Below are positions 25,868 through 32,902 of a DNA stretch of 32,902 nucleotides, piece by piece. The stretch comes from Methanomassiliicoccales archaeon (GTDB lineage: Archaea; Thermoplasmatota; Thermoplasmata; Methanomassiliicoccales; JACIVX01). How positions within the stretch are numbered: the stretch's first letter is position 1; each line of letters starts with the position of its first letter. The stretch lies in contig JAJRAG010000045.1 in the NCBI GenBank assembly GCA_028682925.1, forward strand, positions 1-32,902, given 5' to 3'. The notes under the pieces are model-generated. The model did not search any database and was not told where the DNA came from. It saw only the letters and a list, made by a program, of their open reading frames with translations. A program made the position numbers and the translations under genes.

Positions 25868-27649
25868 ATGATGCAGGAAGCTGAAGCAGGGAAGATGACT
25901 GAAGGGGACCAGTCTAACGATGCAGATGAAGTCTCATCGAAAGCATTGGTCGATGATTTCCAGAGCGAATCCAAGGCCACCAACAGGCTTAGAGACTCCT
26001 ACTTGAAATTCCTTCGAAGGGTCGCGCCGAACAGGGCGTCCAGAGTCAGACTTCCTGTGGGGGAGATAGCTCAGAGAGTCGAGTGGTCAAAAGGGAGAGG
26101 TTCTCTCATCACTGAGATCCCGAAGATCGAGAATCCTTCCATCGAGGTCGCTGATATCTATCCCGTTGTGGAGCCTTACAGTTTTGTCCGCGTGACTTTC
26201 AACAAAGAAACGAGCGAATACATTCTCGAGATGATAGAGCCGGCGCTGACTGAGAAGGAGGAGAAGCTACTCAACCTGATAAAGGACACCATGAAGAGAA
26301 CACTTGGATATGAATGGGACAAACTCACACAGCTCGACAAGGGAGAGTATCTCACGGAGAGCGTCGAGAGCTATATCAAGAGCCGAGGGGTCAGGATTGA
26401 TCCTCTAGTACGGAAGAAGATAGGGTACTATATAGCCAGGGACTTTGTCGGATACGGTAAAGTCGACGCCCTCATAAGGGACGAGAACGTCGAGGACATC
26501 TCGTGCGATGGCGTCGGCATTCCTTTGTTCGTCTTCCACAGGAAGTATGAGAGCATCAAAACCAGTCTATCATTCAATGATGAAGATGCGCTCAACTCCT
26601 ACGTGGTTTCTCTTGGACAGAGATGCGGCAAGCAAATATCCGTGTCGAACCCGATCCTGGATGGTACCACTCCCGAAGGTCACCGTGTCCAAGCGACGTA
26701 TTCGAGGGAAGTGACGACCAGAGGATCGACATTCACCATAAGAAGGTTCAAGGAGAAGCCCTTCACTCCAGTGGAACTAGTCAAGTATGGCACCGCAAGC
26801 CCGGAGATGATCGCGTACTTCTGGCTTGGCGTCGAGAACGGGGAGTCCGCAATCATTGCTGGTGGGACCGCCAGCGGCAAGACGGCCACGCTGAACTCGA
26901 TCGCGTTGTTCATACCTCCGGGGGCGAAAATCGTCACTATGGAAGACACGAGAGAGATCAACCTTCCGCACGATAACTGGATACCAGGAGCGACAAGGAC
27001 CGGGGTCGGGGAGCGTGACGCGAGCGGTAGAATGGCTGGGGAAATCGATATGTACGATCTTGTCAGGGCCTCTCTAAGACAGCGTCCCAACTACATCATC
27101 GTCGGCGAGGTCAGAGGCAAAGAGACATACATCATGTTCCAGGCGATGGCCACCGGTCACACGACATACTCCACAATGCACGCAGACTCAGTGAAGTCGA
27201 TGGTCAACAGGCTCGAGAACCCTCCGATCAACTGCCCACGGATCCTGCTCACGGCGTTGAGAAACGTTATCATCCAGACGCACGCGAGAGTCGGGACCGA
27301 TCTTGTGAGGAGAATCAAGCAGGTAATCGAGATTGTCGGTTTCGAACCTGAGACCAACGAGCTGATCACTAACACCGTCTACGATTGGGACCAGGCCACT
27401 GACAGGTTCATCTACAAAGGTCACAGCTTCCTATTTGACAAGATTATGGAGATGAAAAGCCTCACGCACGATGAAATGATGGAGGAGTTCAACCGACGGA
27501 CGGACATTATCAAGTACATGGTACAGAAGGACATCACCGATCACAGGAAGATATGGGGCCTCATTAACAGCTATTATAAGGATCAGGAGAAAACGATAAA
27601 GAGGATACGTAGGGAGATGGAGGAGGGGGTGACACAAGTTGGCGCCTGA
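25868..27649 (+). CDS. FlaI/PilB-type secretion ATPase (GspE/VirB11 superfamily), paralog 1
   Basis: Walker A is GGTASGKTATLNS. The Asp/Walker B region is IVTMEDTREINLPHDNWI. GEVRGKE is present, and the His box is AMATGHTTYSTMHA. The N-terminal domain YPVVEPYSFVRVTFNKETSEYILEMIEPALTEKEEKLL is typical of archaeal FlaI-like ATPases. Confidence 0.9.
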   Translation: MMQEAEAGKMTEGDQSNDADEVSSKALVDDFQSESKATNRLRDSYLKFLRRVAPNRASRVRLPVGEIAQRVEWSKGRGSLITEIPKIENPSIEVADIYPVVEPYSFVRVTFNKETSEYILEMIEPALTEKEEKLLNLIKDTMKRTLGYEWDKLTQLDKGEYLTESVESYIKSRGVRIDPLVRKKIGYYIARDFVGYGKVDALIRDENVEDISCDGVGIPLFVFHRKYESIKTSLSFNDEDALNSYVVSLGQRCGKQISVSNPILDGTTPEGHRVQATYSREVTTRGSTFTIRRFKEKPFTPVELVKYGTASPEMIAYFWLGVENGESAIIAGGTASGKTATLNSIALFIPPGAKIVTMEDTREINLPHDNWIPGATRTGVGERDASGRMAGEIDMYDLVRASLRQRPNYIIVGEVRGKETYIMFQAMATGHTTYSTMHADSVKSMVNRLENPPINCPRILLTALRNVIIQTHARVGTDLVRRIKQVIEIVGFEPETNELITNTVYDWDQATDRFIYKGHSFLFDKIMEMKSLTHDEMMEEFNRRTDIIKYMVQKDITDHRKIWGLINSYYKDQEKTIKRIRREMEEGVTQVGA

Positions 27650-28679
27650 AGTCTCTGACATATTTGCGAGATTGGAGGCCTCGAAGAAATCGTATACGAA
27701 GACCAAGGGAGCGGAGGAGAGGCCCGATGTTGTAGGTCCTCATGTCGTGAAGCTTCCTCAGGGTGCAGTTCCAGATTACATCAAGCTGACGAAGTATCAG
27801 GAGTTCTGTTGGAGGACCCTCGAGTCGTTCGTGAAACTGAAGGCCAAACCTAACCCCAAACTCGAACAGAACCTCCTCCAGGCCCACATGAAGATGCGCA
27901 CCGAGGAGTATGTGTCTTATGTCTGGATGACGACCATACTGGCTGGTGCCATTGCGGCGGTCCTTGCCGTCCTCTTGGGCGGCATAATCCTGAGCTTCCT
28001 GCAAGTCGACGCCGCACTCGTCTTGGTAGGACTCGTGCTGATGGTGATCATACCCCCTGTGCTAGCCTACATGGTCCTTGTTTCCCGACCTGCTTCGGTG
28101 GCGAAGCGCAGAGGAAGAGACATTGACAAGAGAATCGGGGCCGCAATGAGCTTCATTTCTGCCATGGCTTCCGCGGATGTCAACGTCGATGTCATATTCA
28201 AAGAACTTTCAAGACAGAAGATATATGGTGAAATCAGAGACGAGGCAGAGTGGATCACGAGGGACACGGAGCTTCTCGGCATCGACATATTGACGGCCAT
28301 TAACAATGCGGCTCAGAGGACGCCATCCACTAGGTTCCAGGAATTCTTGCAGGGTGTGGTCACGACCTCCACTTCTGGCGGTCAGCTCAAGCCCTATTTC
28401 CTGCAGAAAGCGGAGCAGTTCGAAAAGGAGGGGAAGCTCGAGATGCGTTCTCAGCTCGAGACACTTGGCCTGATGGCCGAGTCTTTCGTCACGGTCGTCG
28501 TCGCATTCCCTCTGTTCCTTGTCGTGATCATGGCGATAATGGCAATCGTCCCAGGTGGAGGGGGATCATCAGACATGACCATTATCCTACTCTATGCTGT
28601 GGTCGGACTTATGATTCCAATCTCCCAGTTCGGATTCATCTTCTTCATCTGGAACATTACTAAGGAGGCCAGCCTATGA
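27639..28679 (+). CDS. FlaJ/TadC-like platform membrane protein with a single T2SSF-like domain, half 1
   Basis: The TTG start has GGAGGGGGTGA 6 nt upstream and overlaps the ATPase-1 stop by 11 nt. The cytoplasmic domain reads MSFISAMASADVNVDVIFKELSRQKIYGEIRDEAEWITRDTELLGIDILTAINNAAQRTPS...GGQLKPYF and is flanked by TM helices. The exact start is uncertain. Confidence 0.8.
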   Translation: MAPEVSDIFARLEASKKSYTKTKGAEERPDVVGPHVVKLPQGAVPDYIKLTKYQEFCWRTLESFVKLKAKPNPKLEQNLLQAHMKMRTEEYVSYVWMTTILAGAIAAVLAVLLGGIILSFLQVDAALVLVGLVLMVIIPPVLAYMVLVSRPASVAKRRGRDIDKRIGAAMSFISAMASADVNVDVIFKELSRQKIYGEIRDEAEWITRDTELLGIDILTAINNAAQRTPSTRFQEFLQGVVTTSTSGGQLKPYFLQKAEQFEKEGKLEMRSQLETLGLMAESFVTVVVAFPLFLVVIMAIMAIVPGGGGSSDMTIILLYAVVGLMIPISQFGFIFFIWNITKEASL

Positions 28680-28691
28680 GGGGTGATTTGG

Positions 28692-29636
28692 ATGGCTAGA
28701 AAGGGGAAAGGGAAGAAGAAGAAAGAAGACAAGAAGGGGCGAATCCTAGACATAAGCCAGATCAGGACTAGAAAGAGCGACTACGGCAGGACCATCCTTT
28801 TGGTGGGCTTGGTCATCGCGATTATATTGTTCTTCATGGGATTCCTGGAAGCCATTGGCGGACTGAAGACTGGTCTCAAATGGATAGACTTCGTAGCCTT
28901 CGGCCTGATGGCAATCAGTGGACCATACGGCTTCTACATGTCCTATCGTCACAAGAAGATAAAGGAGATAGAGTCTAGACTGCCGGACTTCCTCAGAGAT
29001 GTGGCGGAGGCTGGACGATTCGGAATGACATTGGCCGAAGCGGTCAAAGTCTCATCCAGAGGCAGATATGGCAAGCTGACGCCTGAGATAAAGAGGATGG
29101 CTGCTCAGATTGACTGGGGGGTGCCAGCAGCCGACGCGATGCGTCTGTTTACCGAAAGAGTGAACACTCCCCTTGTGAACAGAATGATGTCGATCATCAT
29201 CAAAGCGAACGACGCCGGCGGAAGCGTAGCAGATGTCCTTACAATGGTCGCCCACGACGCAAGGGAGGCGATGCTCAACGAGAACGACAGGAAGATCTCG
29301 ATGTCGACCTACATGGTGGTCACCTACATCGCGTTCATGGTGTTCATCGCGACGATATTCATCCTGAACTCGACTTTCCTGCCCAAGATGGCGGAAGCAG
29401 GCCAACAAGTCGCAAAGGGCGCCGAAGCGGCTGGAATAACGAACATGCCAGCGACGATACAGACCGAAATCATTCCTCAGGTGCAATTGATATTCATTAT
29501 CGCGGTGGTTATACACGCTTTCGGCGATGGCATCCTTGCTGGTGTACTTCAGGACGGTAGAATCACGAACGGACTACGGCACAGCTTCATCATGTTGGTG
29601 ATCGGCTTCATCGGAACAAGAGTAATAGGAGGATGA
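28692..29636 (+). CDS. FlaJ/TadB-like platform membrane protein with a single T2SSF-like domain, half 2
   Basis: The ATG has GAGGGGTGAT 5 nt upstream. The domain reads LPDFLRDVAEAGRFGMTLAEAVK...EIKRMAAQIDWGVPAADAMRLFTERVNTPLVNRMMSIIIKANDAGGSVADVL and is flanked by TM helices. Confidence 0.8.
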   Translation: MARKGKGKKKKEDKKGRILDISQIRTRKSDYGRTILLVGLVIAIILFFMGFLEAIGGLKTGLKWIDFVAFGLMAISGPYGFYMSYRHKKIKEIESRLPDFLRDVAEAGRFGMTLAEAVKVSSRGRYGKLTPEIKRMAAQIDWGVPAADAMRLFTERVNTPLVNRMMSIIIKANDAGGSVADVLTMVAHDAREAMLNENDRKISMSTYMVVTYIAFMVFIATIFILNSTFLPKMAEAGQQVAKGAEAAGITNMPATIQTEIIPQVQLIFIIAVVIHAFGDGILAGVLQDGRITNGLRHSFIMLVIGFIGTRVIGG

Positions 29637-29642
29637 TAGAGA

Positions 29643-31334
29643 ATGACAGACGCCGAGAGAATGGAAGAACCTCTTCCTGAGGAGAGAGTTGAGAAAGACA
29701 TCAAGGAGAAGAGGTCAGGCGGCGGATTGTCAAATAGATACCTTTCATTCCTGCTCAAATTGAAGAGCAAGCCGATGAAGATCATGATCCCAACAGAGGT
29801 CAGCAAAGGACCGCTTGACGTCATAACAGAGATTCCCAAGATCTCGGACGCCGGAGTCGATGAGGTAGAGATCTCGAGAATCACTGACCCTTACTCATTC
29901 GTAAGAATAAAGTACGACAATGTCGGGGGAGAGTACCTCTATGAAGTCATCGAGCCGAACCTGTCCGGTGACGAGCGCAACCTTCTAGAGCTGCTGAAAG
30001 ACGCCCTCATTATGACATTGAACCTGGCAGAGATCGAGTCCAAAGCGCAGAAGGAGGAGATCCTGAACAAGGCAACGGACGCGCTCATGAAGACGTTCGG
30101 TGTGACGCTCCACCCGATCTCAAAGGACAGGATCATGTACTTCATTCGGAGAGACTTCATTGGATATGGGGCAATCGATGTCATGATGAACGACCCGAAC
30201 GTTGAGGACTGCTCTTGCGATGGGGTCGATATTCCACTCTACATATACCATAGGAAATACGGATCGATCAGGTCAAACATCAGATTCGTAAAGGAGGTCG
30301 AGCTTGATGCGTTCGTCGTCTGGCTAGCACAGAAGTGCGGAAAGCACATATCGGTCGCTGACCCGCTGCTTGACGCTACCATACCAGACGGATCGAGGCT
30401 CAATGCGACCCTTGGTAAGTACGTCACCAAGAGGGGGTCGTCCTTCACGATAAGACGCTTCAAGGAGAACCCGTTCACTCCTATCGATCTATTGAAGTTC
30501 AGAACGATGAGCACTGACATGATGGCCTACCTTTGGATCGCCACTGAGTACGGAAGCTCGATGCTCGTCTGCGGAGGTACGGCAAGCGGCAAGACGACGA
30601 CCCTGAACGCTGTCCTCCTTTTCATACCACCACAAATGAAGATAGTCAGCATTGAGGACACCAGGGAGCTCAACCTACCCCACGAGAACTGGATCCCCTC
30701 GCTCACAAGGGAGGGTTTCGGAGGGAGGGGGAGCAACAAGACCGGGACCATAGACATGTTCGAGTTGCTGACGACCGCTCTGAGACAGAGACCACAATAC
30801 CTGATGGTCGGAGAGGTCAGAGGCAAGGAGGCATATGTCGTCTTCCAGGCGATGGCGACCGGCAAGACCGCCTATTCGACCTTCCATGCAGAGGACGTTC
30901 AAGCGATGGTGCATAGGATGGAGAACGACCCGATCAATCTTCCCAGAGCACTGATGACAGCGTTGGACATCGTGCTTCTACAAGCGCAGGTGAAGGTCGG
31001 CACCAAAATGACAAGGAGGGTCAAGTCCCTCACAGAGATCGTCGGAATGGATCCGGAGACGGGGGAGCTTATCACGAATGCGGTTCACACTTGGAACCCC
31101 GCAGACGACACTTTCAACTTCAGCGGGCATTCGTATGTGTTCGAGAAGGTTAGAACGATAAGGAACTGGTCACCCAGGGAGATGGAACGCGAGGTCAAGC
31201 GGAGGGTCGACATCCTAGATTACATGAAGAAGATTGGTGTCGACAACTACAAACAGGTCGCGAGCATAATCTCAGCCTACTACAAGGACCCTGAGAAGGT
31301 CATCAAAGAGATCAGGGAGAAATTGACTGAGTAG
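29643..31334 (+). CDS. FlaI/PilB-type secretion ATPase, paralog 2 (His-box variant)
   Basis: GGAGGATGA lies upstream of the start. Walker A is GGTASGKTTTLNA, followed by IVSIEDTRELNLPHENWI and GEVRGKE. The His box reads AMATGKTAYSTFHA, with Lys where paralog 1 has His. The protein is collinear with paralog 1 over its full length, and identity by eye is roughly 50-60% in the C-terminal domain. Confidence 0.9.
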   Translation: MTDAERMEEPLPEERVEKDIKEKRSGGGLSNRYLSFLLKLKSKPMKIMIPTEVSKGPLDVITEIPKISDAGVDEVEISRITDPYSFVRIKYDNVGGEYLYEVIEPNLSGDERNLLELLKDALIMTLNLAEIESKAQKEEILNKATDALMKTFGVTLHPISKDRIMYFIRRDFIGYGAIDVMMNDPNVEDCSCDGVDIPLYIYHRKYGSIRSNIRFVKEVELDAFVVWLAQKCGKHISVADPLLDATIPDGSRLNATLGKYVTKRGSSFTIRRFKENPFTPIDLLKFRTMSTDMMAYLWIATEYGSSMLVCGGTASGKTTTLNAVLLFIPPQMKIVSIEDTRELNLPHENWIPSLTREGFGGRGSNKTGTIDMFELLTTALRQRPQYLMVGEVRGKEAYVVFQAMATGKTAYSTFHAEDVQAMVHRMENDPINLPRALMTALDIVLLQAQVKVGTKMTRRVKSLTEIVGMDPETGELITNAVHTWNPADDTFNFSGHSYVFEKVRTIRNWSPREMEREVKRRVDILDYMKKIGVDNYKQVASIISAYYKDPEKVIKEIREKLTE

Positions 31335-31348
31335 GACCCGAAGTCCTA
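31332..31348 (+). terminator. Hairpin TAGGAC-ccgaa-GTCCTA overlapping the ATPase-2 stop codon, followed by T-rich sequence and a T5 run at 31435..31439
   Basis: A perfect 6-bp inverted repeat read from the sequence. Its function as a terminator is speculative. Confidence 0.2.
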
Positions 31349-31492
31349 CCGGATCTATTTCATCTTTCGATGATCCAGGTCCATCATCTTGACCCTCGCC
31401 TCCGATCACCTGGATTTCGTTCATAATGCCAGGCTTTTTGACTGAAATGGGCCTTGAAAAGGGTTGATATGAAGAATCGGAATCCTATCTAG

Positions 31493-31530
31493 ACAAAAGA
31501 GATAAAGAACAAAGAAAAGGAGAAAAGGGA
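31493..31530 (-). terminator. Oligo-T rich tract downstream of the minus-strand zinc-ribbon gene (candidate archaeal terminator)
   Basis: The minus strand reads CCCTTTTCTCCTTTTCTTTGTTCTTTATCTCTTTTGT, beginning about 18 nt after the TAG stop at 31548..31550. Several T4-T5 runs are present. Confidence 0.3.
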
Positions 31531-31547
31531 ATTAGGGTTTGCTTCTA

Positions 31548-32902
31548 CTAGGGTGTTTCCTCACCCTCATTCGATCCTGCTTCCGGAGGTTCTGTTTGCT
31601 CGGGAGGTTTCTCTTCCGCAGCTGTCTCCTCAGGTTTCTTCAAAACCTTCTTCTCGACCGGTCTCTTTACGATCCTCCTCAGCCGTGGCTTGCCCTCCTC
31701 TGCGGCCTCTTCCTTCAGGGTCTCCTGCATCGTCTCGAAGACGGTACCGCACTTGTGGCAGACCTTTGAGCCTCTGGGGTTGAGCGTACCGCAGACAGGA
31801 CAAGCGAAAGCGCCGAGCTTCCGGCGTTCCTCCTCTTGGGAAAGCCACTTCTCGAAGGTGATGTAGCTGGGCTGCTTCTTCCACCAGTCTGAGAACTTCG
31901 CCTCGGAGAACTTCTTCCCGAGGACTTCCTTGGCCTGCTCCCTGTATCCGTCCAAGAACTGCTGGTACTGCTCCCTCATCTTCTTCATGTACTCGTCCTC
32001 TTCTTCCGGAATCGGCCCAGTTACGAATTTCGCACCGCACTCCGGACACTCAGTTGAGTTCGCAGGTATCCAAGCCGCGCATTCGCTGCACTTCGCAGTG
32101 CCCGTCTCGAACTGCACGCCGCACTTCGGGCAGCGCTTCGAGGCCTCGGGTATGAGGGAACCGCACTCGCCGCACTCAACCATCTTCCCAAGTCCGTACT
32201 TGTACAAGTATAGCGAGAAGAATATGATGATCGCGGCGACTATGGCGATAATGATCGCATAGATCCACCAATCGGTCGGAGTCTCCACAAATCCTCTGCT
32301 CACGGTTATGTCCTGGGTGTGGCTGAACGTCTGATCCCCAATCTGGACTGTGACTCGAATCTTGTAGTCTCCTTCCTCTCCCAGAGGGATGTACTTGGAG
32401 GACTGGAAACTACCAGATGCTGTGGTCAGCGCAGTCGAGTTGGCACCGATTACACTACCGGACGCGCTCACGAGACTGATCCACGCAGATCTGCCTATGA
32501 GTGGGTCGCCACTAATCTCATTCGTCACAGTGCCACCAACCACGATGTCTGTGCCGGCCTTGTAGTCGAACACACCGCCCAGATCGATGACGATGAGGGG
32601 GTTTGGCACGTTGACACGGAACTGCATTGTAATCTCATTGTTGGAGTAGTTTCCTTCTCCTGCCCCAATATCTCCGAGCAGACTCGCTCTCATCGTCAGG
32701 TTGAACCATCCGAAGCTTGTGGTATTGACCACCCAGGTCAGGTTCGCAGTCACCGTAGCATTGGCGGCAATGTCGGTCGTGACCGTTCCAATGTTCCTGA
32801 TCATGCCTTCGGAGTTCGTGATGTCAAAAGCCACAACGACATCCATCGCGGACGTGTACCCATCGTTCTTGACCTGAGCTCCTATGACAATGGATTCACC
32901 GA
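31548..32902 (-). CDS. Surface protein (partial, with its 5' end beyond the window): Ig/CARDB-like ectodomains, one TM helix and a cytoplasmic tail with three zinc ribbons
   Basis: The reading frame stays open from 32846 to the window edge (GESIVIGAQVKNDGYTSAMDVVVAFDITN...). The N-terminal part is beta-rich with N-x-S/T sequons. The TM helix is WWIYAIIIAIVAAIIIFFSLYLY. It is followed by CGEC..CPKC, CSEC..CPEC and CPVC..CHKC ribbons and a K/E-rich tail. Confidence 0.7.
   Translation of the reverse strand, partial: GESIVIGAQVKNDGYTSAMDVVVAFDITNSEGMIRNIGTVTTDIAANATVTANLTWVVNTTSFGWFNLTMRASLLGDIGAGEGNYSNNEITMQFRVNVPNPLIVIDLGGVFDYKAGTDIVVGGTVTNEISGDPLIGRSAWISLVSASGSVIGANSTALTTASGSFQSSKYIPLGEEGDYKIRVTVQIGDQTFSHTQDITVSRGFVETPTDWWIYAIIIAIVAAIIIFFSLYLYKYGLGKMVECGECGSLIPEASKRCPKCGVQFETGTAKCSECAAWIPANSTECPECGAKFVTGPIPEEEDEYMKKMREQYQQFLDGYREQAKEVLGKKFSEAKFSDWWKKQPSYITFEKWLSQEEERRKLGAFACPVCGTLNPRGSKVCHKCGTVFETMQETLKEEAAEEGKPRLRRIVKRPVEKKVLKKPEETAAEEKPPEQTEPPEAGSNEGEETP

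Noticed and set aside
22052-31334. Calling the region an archaellum (fla/arl) operon
   Set aside because: No archaellin (FlaB/ArlB), FlaF/G, FlaC/D/E or FlaX genes are present. The KaiC-like gene is not adjacent to the ATPase, being separated from it by an opposite-strand gene and a tRNA. The platform is split and the ATPase is duplicated. A non-archaellum type IV filament system fits better.

Overview
Gene-dense archaeal chromosomal segment of about 32.9 kb and roughly 50% GC. The archaeal origin is inferred from an intron-containing tRNA with bulge-helix-bulge geometry, deoxyhypusine synthase, a tungsten-type aldehyde:ferredoxin oxidoreductase, a class III signal peptide protein, FlaI/FlaJ-type genes, and TTTAAATA-like TATA boxes combined with GGTGA/GGAGG ribosome-binding sites. 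The gene content suggests a Thermoplasmatota-like euryarchaeon, but that cannot be proven without a database search. Positions 1-21.7 kb are mostly housekeeping and redox genes. They include a frameshifted MFS transporter, a tight Rieske / glutaredoxin-like / FTR-catalytic-subunit-like / Rieske operon, nitrilase, an ABC-2 exporter pair, exonuclease III, AOR, a rubrerythrin-like protein, an HdrD-like Fe-S protein, an Lhr-type helicase, an FAH-family hydrolase, RlmE, PurM, a SPOUT-like protein and deoxyhypusine synthase. Positions 22-31.3 kb are the most unusual part. They hold a soluble coiled-coil protein fused to a KaiC/ArlH-like domain whose Walker A and B catalytic residues are both replaced, a small SecB-fold-like protein, and tRNA-Phe(GAA) with a 20-nt intron. 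These are followed by a tightly packed five-gene type IV filament operon: a class III signal peptide protein, a FlaI-like ATPase, two single-domain FlaJ/TadBC-like platform proteins, and a second paralogous FlaI-like ATPase with a His-box substitution. No archaellin, small pilin or prepilin peptidase gene is visible in the window. The window ends inside a surface protein with a cytoplasmic triple zinc ribbon. No CRISPR array, transposase, integrase or rRNA gene was seen. All functional calls rest on motif and family recognition by eye, because no searches could be run.
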